A DNA stretch of 64,000 bases from an uncultured Chloroflexia bacterium (GTDB lineage Bacteria; Chloroflexota; Chloroflexia; QHBQ01; JADMIH01): NCBI GenBank assembly GCA_963797095.1, contig CAWCNY010000006.1, forward strand, positions 96,001 to 160,000. The letters are read 5' to 3'. This document shows, piece after piece, positions 28,177-38,676 of the stretch. The number at the start of each line of letters is the position of its first letter. Position 1 is the first letter of the stretch. Both the position numbers and the translations under genes were made by a program. Below the pieces are notes generated by a model. The model saw nothing but the letters and a program-made list of their open reading frames with translations, was not told the origin of the DNA and did not search any database.

Positions 28177-29694
28177 CTAGGAGGCCCGGGCTTCGGCCTC
28201 CAAGGATGATTCTTCGTCTACTTTCACCTTCAGGGTGTGAGCCAGCAGGGATGCCGCATCCCTCAGCAACTTTATGTCGCTTGTATTGTATTCCTCTCCA
28301 TCTTTTCGGGCCGCTAATCGCAGCACTCCGTATTGATTACCGTCACACCCAATTTGGGCGCTCAATGCCTCGTGCCTCTCATCCCACTTCCCTGCGTCCG
28401 ATATCATCACAAGGCTATGGCCGCGTACCATATAGACGGCACCGCCTTCGGCTCGGAATGCTTCCACTAAATCGGTCAGCACTCTTCGAGCGATCTGCTC
28501 AGGGTGGTTCATCTCAACGTAAAGGCGCATATCTCGCAGGAGTACCCGCAATTCTTCGGCGGGGTTCGGAGGGCCCTTGAATCGTTTGTCGACGAGGCGT
28601 TGAAGGGCATCCTTTACGGGGGTGAACGTAGCTACCAGCAGCAGCGTGGTCATTACGACTGACACATCGCCTTTGACGTTCAATATCGTTTCGAAGAAGG
28701 TCTGGAATACTTTCACAGAAGCTGCATAAACACCTGCCAGTATGCCTGTTAGTGGGACGTAAACGAGGGTCCTGTTGATTATGATGTCGATATCCCACAG
28801 GCGGTAGCGCAGGATCGAGATCCCTATTGTGATCGGCAAGAGCATCACCGATACGTAGATTATTCCGGACGAAAGCAATTGGAACTGAATCGAATCAGAG
28901 TTGCTCGGGTCGTTGAGCGTCTGGTCCAGCACGCGAGGTATGAACATGGCAAGCGCGCCAATCACTGCTATTATGGACCCATATACAAACCACTTGGTTT
29001 GTTGCTTCCGCACCCGGTCCGAGATTCGATAGTAGCGATAAATCTGCACGAACACGGCAGGGATCCACGTTGCCAGTATTAGCGCTATATGGTAGAGGGG
29101 GGGCCACCTCCAGGGGCTGAACGGCTGGTCGGGGAACATGTTCCACGGTATCTCTACCACCAGGATCGTTGCCAGCACCAGAGGGCGCAGCTTCGCATTT
29201 ACGAATTTGCCATCAGGGAAGAGATAGAAGAAGAGAACCATCAGCGCCCACGCCAGGAAGCGCAACAGGCGCACAGGCAGCGCCCACCCCGGCGCTACAT
29301 CTACCAGCACATCCATCGTGATGGTGATGGGGGCGGCAGCGGTCCCGAAGGAGGCGAGGGTATAGGCGCTAAATACGCCCACCCAGTCGTCTGAGTTTCT
29401 GGCGTAGATCAGGGTCGCTACACCGAGGAAGACGAGGGCAAAGACGATCTCAAGACCCAGGTTGTAGGTCGCGTAACCACCGATGCTGATGCCCGCTTTC
29501 TCCAACCCCGCCTGCACCGCGGGCGTGGGGTTAGTAAGCTGGATATAGCGTACCTGCAACCCGGCGAGGAAGATCGTTATCAGCACGGTCACATAAATCG
29601 GCCAGCTCACGCGTGTCAGAATAAATAACCGCTCAAGCAAAGCTGTGCGGTCTATTTTCCTGAGGCCAACTTTAGCAGCGGGCGGGATAAACAT
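28177..29694 (-). CDS. Multi-pass membrane protein with C-terminal GAF-like domain (sensor-kinase-type input module, no kinase)
   Basis: Many TM helices, FYLFPDGKF, RKQQTKWFVYG, ILRYRLWDIDIIINRTLVY, then a short GAF-like region. No H-box or HATPase. Confidence 0.7.
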   Translation of the reverse strand: MFIPPAAKVGLRKIDRTALLERLFILTRVSWPIYVTVLITIFLAGLQVRYIQLTNPTPAVQAGLEKAGISIGGYATYNLGLEIVFALVFLGVATLIYARNSDDWVGVFSAYTLASFGTAAAPITITMDVLVDVAPGWALPVRLLRFLAWALMVLFFYLFPDGKFVNAKLRPLVLATILVVEIPWNMFPDQPFSPWRWPPLYHIALILATWIPAVFVQIYRYYRISDRVRKQQTKWFVYGSIIAVIGALAMFIPRVLDQTLNDPSNSDSIQFQLLSSGIIYVSVMLLPITIGISILRYRLWDIDIIINRTLVYVPLTGILAGVYAASVKVFQTFFETILNVKGDVSVVMTTLLLVATFTPVKDALQRLVDKRFKGPPNPAEELRVLLRDMRLYVEMNHPEQIARRVLTDLVEAFRAEGGAVYMVRGHSLVMISDAGKWDERHEALSAQIGCDGNQYGVLRLAARKDGEEYNTSDIKLLRDAASLLAHTLKVKVDEESSLEAEARAS

Positions 29695-29880
29695 GCCGCA
29701 ATTATATATACTTCATTCTACGCTTACGAGAGGCTAAAGTATTAAGACTTATCCGACTAAAGGAGTGGATGTAATCCGCAATCTTCTCTTACTTTGAGAG
29801 GTCACCCTGTCATCGGCAAGGAACTTGCTTGCAACAATTGAGCCGGGAGGAACGTTTAACTAACAGGAGGAACCTGCCTC

Positions 29881-30444
29881 ATGCGAAAAACCACCATTAC
29901 TTCTATAGCAGCCCTTGCCTGTATGCTTACCCTGGCAGCCTGTAGCTCTCAGGCCGATAGCACGGCAGCGCCATTACCGGCCACTCCAACCACAGGAGCA
30001 GCACCCACCATGACATCATCCGCGTCATCGTACCCCAGGACCGGGCACGCCCCCGATTATTCGTGGATCGCGGGGCGGGTTACCTTTACCAAGATACAGG
30101 GTGGATGTACATACATCTACACCGACCCGGCTGACATCCAGGCGTATGAAGCATCACTCACTCCGCAACCTCGCGGAGTCCCTACGGTCAGCGGTCCTAT
30201 CGTCAGTACCGCCGTTGGTGACACCTCGCCTCCCCTGCGCGACATCACGCCACAGACGGGCCCCCAGCCCGCCGAGCCGCCCTCAAGCCGTTTTGTGCCA
30301 GGAGGCCCTGCCTGGGACCCTTCAACGGTCAAAGATGGTGATTATGTTGTTCTGGTAGGCAGGCTGGCAGGTCCGGGGGATACAACGGAAATCTGCCCCG
30401 GTGGCACGGCCTATGTGGCCGAGACGGTGATACGCAATCCGTAG
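29881..30444 (+). CDS. Putative lipoprotein
   Basis: AGGAGG RBS, lipobox LAAC, Pro/Thr-rich linker, two further Cys (GGC, ICPGG). Confidence 0.75.
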   Translation: MRKTTITSIAALACMLTLAACSSQADSTAAPLPATPTTGAAPTMTSSASSYPRTGHAPDYSWIAGRVTFTKIQGGCTYIYTDPADIQAYEASLTPQPRGVPTVSGPIVSTAVGDTSPPLRDITPQTGPQPAEPPSSRFVPGGPAWDPSTVKDGDYVVLVGRLAGPGDTTEICPGGTAYVAETVIRNP

Positions 30445-30482
30445 AACCGACGAGTGGCGAGTGAACGCGTAGTAGTTGCGTG

Positions 30483-30722
30483 TCAGGGAGTAGCTTGCAC
30501 CCGCCTCTTGAACGTAAATGCTACCTGAGCGGTCGCACCCTGGCCGGATGCTACCGGCAGGACGGTTACCAACTCCCACCCCTCGCGTCCCATGTTTTGT
30601 AGCCTATCCCAATCGGTAAGGCCGTCCGGCCCTCTTACCTCCCACATCTTTGTAATACTCGGCTTAATTGCTACCGGCCCCGCCAGATCCACGACTAGAA
30701 TGTTGTAGTTCCACTGATCCAT
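30483..30722 (-). CDS. DUF4177-like small protein
   Basis: W.Y...LQNMGREGWELV...FTFKR. AAGGAG RBS. Confidence 0.7.
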   Translation of the reverse strand: MDQWNYNILVVDLAGPVAIKPSITKMWEVRGPDGLTDWDRLQNMGREGWELVTVLPVASGQGATAQVAFTFKRRVQATP

Positions 30723-30770
30723 CCCTATAATCTCCTTTCTAGTAGGTCGAATCAAACCGCCTCATGCCTA

Positions 30771-33218
30771 TTATTCGCCGATTAGTTTCTCGAGGACTTT
30801 AGCACGCCAGATAAAGCGCAGCCCGAAGGCCCATATCACCACTACACCCGCTATTATGCCAATATCCGCAAGCCCTAGCGCCTGAAGCTCGAAGAGATCC
30901 CGCAGTTGGGGCACGGCCAGCACTAACACGAAGATCCCCAGCATGAGCGCCGCCAGAATCGTTGGCCTGCGGTCTCCGCTGTACTCGTCGCCGCCTACCC
31001 ACGCCTGAGTTGGCGGCTCCACGAACGGGATCAGTATAAGCCCACACAGCATCAACACCGTGGTCAGGACAGTTTGAGACAGTGCTATGTTGTTTGTGAC
31101 TGTGATGTAGCCGAGGTAAACCTCGAGCCCGACGAATGCGGTTGCGAGGGAGGCAGGCACCACGAAATGGGAGATCGCCCTGATCAGTCTCGCCGGTGGC
31201 TCTCCCTCGCGTGCCCACGCTACCAGCGCCACAGTCGGTACCCCCACCGTCAGGAGCGCCAGCAGAGAGTTGTGCTTGGGAGTGATCGGGAAGTGCAGGC
31301 CCATCATAGAAGCGCCCACTATTAGGAATATCAGGTAGAGGGTGCGCGACAGGAGCAATCTCACCACGTCGTACATGCCGTTGATGATGCGCTGCCCCTC
31401 TTTGAAGGCGCTTGGCAGCACCCCGAACGAGTCGTTCAGCAAGATCAGGTCGGCCACTCCTCGCGTCGCCTGGCTGCCGCTCTCCATCGCGATGCCGACG
31501 TGCGCCTGTTTCAGCGACAGCACATCGTTCACGCCGTCTCCTATCATCGCCACGTATTTGCCGCTCGATTTGAGGGTCTGCACCAGCCTCTGCTTTTGCT
31601 GAGGAGTGATCCGCCCGAAGACGGTGGTCTCGTCGGCCACACGCGCAATCTCAACATCGTCCATCATGTCGAGGTCCAGGCCGGATACCACCTTGATATC
31701 GCCGGAGAAGCCCGCCTGCTGGGCCAGCGCGGCCACCGTATCGGGGCTATCGCCCGAGATAACTTTGACCTTGATCCCCGCCTGCGAGAAGCCTTCGAGG
31801 GTCTTTTGGGCCTCCGGCCTCAACTCGTCACTGAAGCAGATCAGGCCTGCCGGGGTCATTCCCTGGGGCAAGATAGGCTCTTTGCTGTCGCCGTGCATTG
31901 GCATCACATCCGGTTGATACGCCAGCATGAGCACCCGCAGACCCTGCGCTTTCCACTCCTCGGCTCTCTCGGCCCCGACGTTGGACCCAGGCTGTAGCCC
32001 AGGCATCAGCATTTCTGGCGCGCCGAGCACGTAGCAACCTTGCAGGTCGGGTTCGTTGTATGACAAGGCGCTCCACTTCCAGGCCGACGAGAAGGGGACC
32101 TCCTCGACTACTGTGCGCTTCTTGCCTTGCAGGGCCGCCCCGATGGCCTCGGATGTCTTGTTCCCAGCTGTGGTGTTCAGCGCGTAGTCGCCCAGCACTC
32201 TTTCAAGCTTCGCCTTGTCCATCCCCAGCGGTTCCATCGTGTTGTACTTGATGGCGTTGGTGGTGAGGGTGCCCGTCTTGTCCAGGCAGAGCACGTTGAC
32301 GTTGCTCAGCGATTCTACGGCGTTCGCCTGCTGGATCAACGCCCCTTTGCCCGACATCCTCACCGCGCCGACCGCGTATGCTACCGTGATCATGAAGAAG
32401 AGGCCCTGCGGCACCAGCCCCACTATCACCGCCGACGCCTGGACGCTGTCCACTACCGATTGCTGTTGTCGCAGGAACGCCGAGATCAGCATCAGCCCAA
32501 GCAGGGTGACAAGCACGATCAGCAGCCGGATGATGAAGTCAACGTCTTTTTGTAAAGGGGTCTTTACGAGGCGGTAGGCGCGTGCGCCTGAGGTCAACTG
32601 GTTGGCGACGCTGGCATCCCCCACTTTGCGCGCCGCATAGCGGGTAGTGCCTGTCACGCAAAAGCTGCCCGAATAGACGGTGTCGCCCGCCCTCTTATGT
32701 ATCAGGTCCGATTCGCCTGTAAGAAGCGATTCGTCGGCGTCTATTTCGCCGTCGCCCACTACCTCGCCGTCCACCACGATCTGGTCGCCGGGCCTTACAA
32801 TGAGTACATCATCCAGGACGATTTCAGATGGGTCCAGGGTCTTTTCCGTGCCATTTCTCAATACAGTGGCTTTGGGGCGCATGAGGAGGGCGATCTTATC
32901 GAGCTTCTGCTTGGCCCGTGCTTCCTGCACTACTCCCACTGCCACGTTGACGAGTACCACGCCTGCGGTCACTACCGCATCGTCGGCTCTCCCCATGATG
33001 ACAAGCACGATCCCTATGCTGAACAGGATCGTGTTGATGAACGTAAAGACGTTCTGGCGCACGATATCGAAGTACGACTTGCCCGTACCACCCGGCAGCT
33101 TGTTTACCTCGCCGCGCGTGATGCGCTGCACAACCTCTTCCTGGCTCAGACCCTGGGGCGATGCCGGTTTGGGTGGGGTGGACTGGGAAGTGTCTATTAC
33201 GCTTGCTGCTATAGACAC
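30771..33218 (-). CDS. P-type cation-transporting ATPase (CtpE-like)
   Basis: LTGES, VPQGL, DKTGTLT, ISGD, MIGDGVND. Confidence 0.93.
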   Translation of the reverse strand: MSIAASVIDTSQSTPPKPASPQGLSQEEVVQRITRGEVNKLPGGTGKSYFDIVRQNVFTFINTILFSIGIVLVIMGRADDAVVTAGVVLVNVAVGVVQEARAKQKLDKIALLMRPKATVLRNGTEKTLDPSEIVLDDVLIVRPGDQIVVDGEVVGDGEIDADESLLTGESDLIHKRAGDTVYSGSFCVTGTTRYAARKVGDASVANQLTSGARAYRLVKTPLQKDVDFIIRLLIVLVTLLGLMLISAFLRQQQSVVDSVQASAVIVGLVPQGLFFMITVAYAVGAVRMSGKGALIQQANAVESLSNVNVLCLDKTGTLTTNAIKYNTMEPLGMDKAKLERVLGDYALNTTAGNKTSEAIGAALQGKKRTVVEEVPFSSAWKWSALSYNEPDLQGCYVLGAPEMLMPGLQPGSNVGAERAEEWKAQGLRVLMLAYQPDVMPMHGDSKEPILPQGMTPAGLICFSDELRPEAQKTLEGFSQAGIKVKVISGDSPDTVAALAQQAGFSGDIKVVSGLDLDMMDDVEIARVADETTVFGRITPQQKQRLVQTLKSSGKYVAMIGDGVNDVLSLKQAHVGIAMESGSQATRGVADLILLNDSFGVLPSAFKEGQRIINGMYDVVRLLLSRTLYLIFLIVGASMMGLHFPITPKHNSLLALLTVGVPTVALVAWAREGEPPARLIRAISHFVVPASLATAFVGLEVYLGYITVTNNIALSQTVLTTVLMLCGLILIPFVEPPTQAWVGGDEYSGDRRPTILAALMLGIFVLVLAVPQLRDLFELQALGLADIGIIAGVVVIWAFGLRFIWRAKVLEKLIGE

Positions 33219-33488
33219 AGCGCTCGCTCCTGAACTAGGGTGCCGCTATAGGGCACCAATGATACTATAGCGAAAGTTTTCCCTCCCAATTACCTGGGAG
33301 AGTTTTTACATTTTATCACTTTCGAGCGCAATTGCTACCCCTTGCTGCAAGGGAAACCCGTCACTAATATGTAGGACACGGGGTTGGGCCTGAATTAAGC
33401 TGGGCTGAAGATCCCAGGCGAACTCCTCTCTATTCTTCAGTGAAGGGTAGGGCCTGGTGAAGGACCCTTGGGTGGATGTATGCAAGCA

Positions 33489-33531
33489 CCCCTCACCCCG
33501 ACCCCTCTCCCCACGAAATGGGGAGAGGGGA
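33489..33531. repeat. REP-like hairpin
   Basis: CCCCTCACCCCGA-CCCCTCTCCCCA-CGAAA-TGGGGAGAGGGG, related to the hairpins at 28048 and 60285. Confidence 0.75.
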
Positions 33532-33547
33532 GTCTAAGAAGAAGATG

Positions 33548-33730
33548 AGAGTTGAGGGACACCCCCAAACCCCCGGCAGGCTGCTCCGCCTGCACCCCTT
33601 ATTGATGGAGTGTAAAGGAAGGGTTGGGACACCCCCAAAACCCGCTGTCAGGGGAGGACCCCTGCACCCCCTTTTAGCTGAGTATGCGGGCGAAGAGTTG
33701 AGGGAACACCGCACCCCCTTTTAGGGGGTG
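33548..33730. repeat. REP-like family B tandem copies (GGGACACCCC...CAGG...CCTGCACCCC)
   Basis: Two full copies and one partial copy here, with others at 39242-39285 and 55250-55317. Confidence 0.78.
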
Positions 33731-33735
33731 GGCCT

Positions 33736-33790
33736 TTCGAGAAACAGCCAAAAATGGCGGCGGAGCCGCCATTTTTGGCTGTTTCTCGAA
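33736..33790. terminator. Perfect 26-bp-arm inverted repeat downstream of secA (terminator / family A element)
   Basis: TTCGAGAAACAGCCAAAAATGGCGGC-GGA-GCCGCCATTTTTGGCTGTTTCTCGAA. Confidence 0.75.
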
Positions 33791-33851
33791 TCAAGTTGTA
33801 CGCCTGCGGACTTAGATTCGGGAGGCTGTATGTTTGTATGGCTTTCAGGTA

Positions 33852-36800
33852 TTATCTGCCGTGGCAGACTTTGTACTTCTTGCCGCTGCCGCACCAGCAT
33901 GGGTCGTTGCGGCCGATCTTTTGCCTGCCTGCGCCTACGCCAGCGGTGACTGCCGGGCCTGGTCTCTGGGCCTGGCCTGGACGTGGGGCAGACCTGCCGT
34001 TCCCCGCGCCGTTGCCTGGGCGTTGGGCCTGGTGCTGGCCTGGACGGGCTGCGCCTACCCCTGCCTTGACTTTGCCCGCACCCTGACCGGCCTGTGCTTC
34101 CTGGCGGGCCTTCTGCTCCATAGCTGATTGCGCAGCCGCACGCTTGATCTGGGCGCGTGCCTCCTCGGCCCTGCCGCCCATCATGAGCACGTTGAGGACA
34201 GACAACTGCCTGATCTCCGCTTTCAGGTCGTCAAACAGCTCGTAAGCCTTCACTTTGTACTGCACGAGCGGGTCCTTCTGGCCGTATGCCTGCAAGCCTA
34301 TGGAGTGGCGCAACTGCTCCATCGTGGTCAGGTGGCGGGTCCAGAGGTAGTCGATCACCCGTAACAGCAAGTCCGACTCCTGCCAGCGCACGAACGCATT
34401 GGTTACGATGTTACGCACTTCGGGGTCGAGCTGTATGAGCGGGATATTCTCGATCTCCTCCAGCTTCTCCAGCCCAAGCTGCGCCTCGATCTGCCTGTAG
34501 ACCGACCTTGGCAGCCTGTTGTCCACCAGGGCGATCAAGGGCATTGTCTCATTGGTCTCAATGAACACCCCGGCCAGCGTGGCCTCGATCTCCTGGTACA
34601 GAGCGTCAAGCTGGACCTGGATCTCCTCCACTACCGGCGATGCCCCATCGGCCGGCATCATCGAAGAAGAGTGCCCGCCGGTCTCGGCATCGGCGTACCT
34701 GGCCGCCGAAACGGGTGACAGGGCAAATCGCCCATCGATGTATTCCAGCAGCGAGCGCGTCCTTGCCTCGGCTGCTTCACCTCCTGCTGCTACAACTTTG
34801 GACGCCTCCGAATGTACGTAGTCGAGCAGTCTCTGAAGAGCCTCTTTGTTCTGCCGCTCGAAGCCCTCACGCGCAAGCTCGCCCAGGTATTCGAGAGCAT
34901 CCTCGTACTCCATCTCTTCGTCGCTCATGTGCCTGACCACATCGGCGGGCAATCCTAGTGAGCGTTGTAGTTTGCTGTAGTCGACGGTGCCTTGCCCGGC
35001 CTGCTCGTAATAGACGTCGCCTATGTGGTAGAAGTCGCGTAGGCGGTCGTCCAGGCCCTTGATGTTGGCCTCCATAGCGCCCTCGTATGCCTCGTGCGCT
35101 ATCTCCTCCAATTCCTCACGGAAGCCTTCGGCATCGCCTTCCTGCGCGATTGGGGCCACGCGCGAAGTGAGGATGGAGCGAAGCAGTCGCCTGATCACAT
35201 CGTCGGGAAAGGTCTCTTTGAGGGCGCCGAACATCTCGGTGTAGCCCGACACCTCCTTGCCCTTCTTCTTCCTGCCTGTGGATTCGTCAACCTGCACGGG
35301 GGCGGCCACTTCCTCGACTTTCTCCCCGATCATCTCCTGCACGATAGACCTGGGGTCGCCGTCGCGCAGGATGAAGCGGCGCTCGTTGTAGATCACGTCG
35401 CGCTGGGTGTTGATCACATCGTCATATTCGACCAGATGCTTTCTGATGTCGAAGTTGTAGCCCTCCATCTTCACCTGCGCCTGCTCGACGCTCTTGCTGA
35501 TCATGGAGTGCTCGATGGGCATATCCTCTTCCCACAAGCTCTTGAAGAGGTTGGAGTTGATGATGTTCTGGTTCACGCCCGAACGGCGCATGATCTCGTC
35601 CTCGATGCTCACGAAGAAGCGGGACGAGCCGTTGTCGCCCTGCCTGCCTGCGCGGCCTCGAAGCTGGTTGTCGATACGTCTGCTCTCGTGCCGCTCGGTG
35701 CCGATGATATGCAGGCCGCCTACCTCGTTCACTCCAAAGCCGAGGACTATGTCGGTGCCACGGCCTGCCATGTTGGTGGCGATGGTGATCGCGCCCCGCT
35801 GGCCCGCTTGCGCCACGATGCTCGCCTCGCGTTCGTGCTGCTTGGCGTTCAGCACCGAGTGAGTCAGGTCGCGCTCCTCCAGCATCTTGCTCAGCTCTTC
35901 CGATTTCTCGATGGAGACCGTACCGACCAGCACCGGCCTCCCGTCGTTGTGCATCTCCTCGATCTCGTCCACTACCGCCCGGAACTTGGCTTTCTCAGTG
36001 CGATAGATGCGGTCGGGGTGATCCTGGCGGATCATGGGCTTGTGCGTGGGGATCGTCATGACCTCCAGCTTGTAGATCTTCATGAACTCCTCGGCCTCGG
36101 TGACCGCGGTTCCGGTCATGCCCGCCAGCTTCGGGTAGAGCCTGAAGTAGTTCTGGATTGTGATGGTGGCGAATGTCTGGCTCTCGGACTGAACCTTGAT
36201 ACCCTCTTTGGCCTCGATCGCTTCGTGCAAGCCCTCGGAATATCGACGACCTTGCATGAGGCGGCCCGTAAACTCGTCCACGATCACTACCTCTACGGGG
36301 GCTTTGGGGTTGAGCCGCTCACCCGCGCTGATCACTTTGCCTTCCTGCCACAGCACATAGTCTTTGTCGCGCTTGAAGAGGGCGTGTGCCTTGAGAGCGT
36401 TGTCCACGCCGTACACAAGCTGGAAGTTGTCTGGGTGGTAGAGGTTGTCTACCCTGAAATACGCCTCGGCCCGGTCGATGCCTTCTTCGGTGAGCACCGC
36501 GCTGCGGCTCTTCTCGTCCATCTCGTAGTCGACACCCTCGCGCAAAGTGCGGGCGAAGCCAGCAGCCCTGATGTGTACCTCGGCGGAGCCTTCGGATGCG
36601 CCTGAAATGATCAGCGGGGTGCGCGCTTCGTCGATCAGGATGTTGTCAACCTCGTCCACGATGCAGTAGTTGTGCGCTCGCTGCACTAGGTCGTCGGGAT
36701 TATTGGAAATGTTATCGCGCAGGTAGTCGAAGCCTAACTCGGCGTTGGTGCCGTAGGTGATGTCGGACATATATTCGGCGCGGCGCTCCCAGGGGGCCAT

Positions 36801-38477
36801 GCCGGACAGGATCACGCCAACAGAGAGGCCGAGCATCTTGAATGCAGGCCCCATCCAATCGGCGTCGCGCTTGACCAGGTACTCGTTCACCGTGCACAGG
36901 TGCGCGCCCCTGGAGGTCAGGCCGTTCAGGTAGAGGGGCGATACCTCCACCAGCGTCTTGCCCTCTCCGGTCTTCATCTCGGCGATCTTCCCTTCGTGGA
37001 GGATCACGCCGCCCATCAACTGCACCTCGTAGGGCCGCATGCCGGTGGTGCGCCGGGATGCCTCCCATATAGCCGCGAACGACTCCGGCATCATCTCGTT
37101 GAGCACGCGCTGCTCGTCCTTGCGCTGTTCGGTCTTGTGCTCTTCCTGTATGCCCTTCAGGCGGTCGTACGCCCCCCTGTCTTGGAGGCGCAGGTCGTTC
37201 ATTATCTCGTTGAAGGTGGAGGCTTCCAGGGCATCTCTGCGCCGCATGAAGTCGCCCACTTCGTCGGGCTTGATCATCACCGGCGCGCGCTTGTCCTCGA
37301 ATTGCGCCATGATCTTGTCTATGAGGGCGTCCTGCTCGTCGTCCAACTCGGCGAAGCGCTGCACGAACGGCTCGAGCGCGCCCTGGCCCACCACGTCCGC
37401 TACTTTGCCCCAGGTGTTTGCCCAGAAGGCAGTGCGGGCTTCCAGTATGCGCGCCCTGAACATGGAGGACCACGCCTGCAATCGCTCTTCTCGCGATGCA
37501 AACCGCTCGGCCAGCGCCATCACCTTGGAAGTCTTGTTCCCGGCAACTGCTCCAGCGATTGCAAGCAACTCGGCGGTGGCCTGTTCCTCCCAGTAGAGGA
37601 TATCGGCAAGCTCGTCTTTTTCTGGCGTGCCAACCTGCCGTGGGTCGTTGCCCCGGCGGTTGCGGCCAGCCTGCTGTGGTACGGCCTGGTCCTCCTCGAT
37701 GCCTGCTGCCACCTTCACCTCTGACGGCAGCCTGAATCCCTGCCGCCCCAGGTGCTTTACCAGGTCGTGCTTGTATAGAGCACGCACCAGGTCGTTGGTG
37801 GCCTTCTCCAGGTCGGCCTGCGGCTCTTCACCGATCATATCGATCAGCATGGAGAGGCCGATGGCGCGCCTGAGCACGACTGTCGTGTCGTTGGTCTTGC
37901 CGAAGTAGTCGGCCACCTCGCGCCCCAGGAACTGCGCGACCGCATCCACCTGCTTGATCATTTCGTCGGCGGTGGCCTTCTTGGGGTAGAAGCTGGCCTT
38001 TGGGACGTCGTGCAGGATCGCTTCGCGCAAGCCTGTCTTTTGCTCTACCATCGCTGCTAGCTGCTCGCCAAGCTCTGCCACCAAAGTGTCGATCTCTTGT
38101 TCAAGCTCGCGCCTCTCTGCCGGGGGCCTTTGCAAACGCTCGGCGTTCATGGTGGCAAGCTGCTTGGAGTCGGCCAGCAACACCGACAGGTCGCGGCTCG
38201 TCTGCTCGCCCTTCTCGACGACCGCCCGCAAGGCTTCGGCCTGCCCCGCGAGTTTCCGCGCTTCCGCAGCCACCGACGTGATCTCGCCGCGAAGTGTCGA
38301 CTGCCACTCAGCGCCGCTTTTCGCCATTACTTCGAGGGCTTCGTCGCGGATCGCCGCCACGTAGTCTCGCTCGGTCTCCAGCAACTCCTCCGTCTCCGAG
38401 TTGGCTTCAGCGACGATCCTGCGCAAGCGGTCAAGCTCTTTGTCGGTGGTGTCGAACATCTTCTGTAACCATTTCAT
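33852..38477 (-). CDS. secA: Preprotein translocase ATPase SecA, unusually long (1541 aa)
   Basis: MKTGEGKT, DEVDNILIDEARTPLIISG, GRRYSEGLH, TNMAGRGTDI, RIDNQLRGRAGRQGD, QKDPL, SEC-C motif GRNDPCWCGSGKKYKVCHG. Confidence 0.97.
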   Translation of the reverse strand: MKWLQKMFDTTDKELDRLRRIVAEANSETEELLETERDYVAAIRDEALEVMAKSGAEWQSTLRGEITSVAAEARKLAGQAEALRAVVEKGEQTSRDLSVLLADSKQLATMNAERLQRPPAERRELEQEIDTLVAELGEQLAAMVEQKTGLREAILHDVPKASFYPKKATADEMIKQVDAVAQFLGREVADYFGKTNDTTVVLRRAIGLSMLIDMIGEEPQADLEKATNDLVRALYKHDLVKHLGRQGFRLPSEVKVAAGIEEDQAVPQQAGRNRRGNDPRQVGTPEKDELADILYWEEQATAELLAIAGAVAGNKTSKVMALAERFASREERLQAWSSMFRARILEARTAFWANTWGKVADVVGQGALEPFVQRFAELDDEQDALIDKIMAQFEDKRAPVMIKPDEVGDFMRRRDALEASTFNEIMNDLRLQDRGAYDRLKGIQEEHKTEQRKDEQRVLNEMMPESFAAIWEASRRTTGMRPYEVQLMGGVILHEGKIAEMKTGEGKTLVEVSPLYLNGLTSRGAHLCTVNEYLVKRDADWMGPAFKMLGLSVGVILSGMAPWERRAEYMSDITYGTNAELGFDYLRDNISNNPDDLVQRAHNYCIVDEVDNILIDEARTPLIISGASEGSAEVHIRAAGFARTLREGVDYEMDEKSRSAVLTEEGIDRAEAYFRVDNLYHPDNFQLVYGVDNALKAHALFKRDKDYVLWQEGKVISAGERLNPKAPVEVVIVDEFTGRLMQGRRYSEGLHEAIEAKEGIKVQSESQTFATITIQNYFRLYPKLAGMTGTAVTEAEEFMKIYKLEVMTIPTHKPMIRQDHPDRIYRTEKAKFRAVVDEIEEMHNDGRPVLVGTVSIEKSEELSKMLEERDLTHSVLNAKQHEREASIVAQAGQRGAITIATNMAGRGTDIVLGFGVNEVGGLHIIGTERHESRRIDNQLRGRAGRQGDNGSSRFFVSIEDEIMRRSGVNQNIINSNLFKSLWEEDMPIEHSMISKSVEQAQVKMEGYNFDIRKHLVEYDDVINTQRDVIYNERRFILRDGDPRSIVQEMIGEKVEEVAAPVQVDESTGRKKKGKEVSGYTEMFGALKETFPDDVIRRLLRSILTSRVAPIAQEGDAEGFREELEEIAHEAYEGAMEANIKGLDDRLRDFYHIGDVYYEQAGQGTVDYSKLQRSLGLPADVVRHMSDEEMEYEDALEYLGELAREGFERQNKEALQRLLDYVHSEASKVVAAGGEAAEARTRSLLEYIDGRFALSPVSAARYADAETGGHSSSMMPADGASPVVEEIQVQLDALYQEIEATLAGVFIETNETMPLIALVDNRLPRSVYRQIEAQLGLEKLEEIENIPLIQLDPEVRNIVTNAFVRWQESDLLLRVIDYLWTRHLTTMEQLRHSIGLQAYGQKDPLVQYKVKAYELFDDLKAEIRQLSVLNVLMMGGRAEEARAQIKRAAAQSAMEQKARQEAQAGQGAGKVKAGVGAARPGQHQAQRPGNGAGNGRSAPRPGQAQRPGPAVTAGVGAGRQKIGRNDPCWCGSGKKYKVCHGR

Positions 38478-38676
38478 TTGTTTGTCCCTTTATGAGTCGG
38501 ATTGCAACTCGTGGTTCGTGATCTTGTTCATTCCTGACCAGGCCCGTCAGGCTGGGCTGTGGATTATTGAAGTAAGTTGAGCCTGAGAGAAGGAAGAGAT
38601 GAATATGAGACAAACCCACTGCCATAAATCAGCATGGAGAATCAGGCTCTGACTAAAGGTCGGGCGGACCTTCAGG

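Noticed and set aside
33476-33724. Small ORFs in the secA downstream region and at 55135-55390
   Set aside because: They are translations of REP-like repeats, with no support as genes.
35094-36605. 503-aa plus-strand ORF
   Set aside because: Antisense shadow of conserved secA, expected from GC-rich codon bias.
34390-38380. Inteins explaining the SecA insertions
   Set aside because: No Cys/Ser-start and His-Asn-end splice motifs or LAGLIDADG motifs were seen. The inserts look helical.
38431-38625. 64-aa ORF overlapping the secA start
   Set aside because: No protein-like features and an out-of-frame overlap. It cannot be supported without Ribo-seq.
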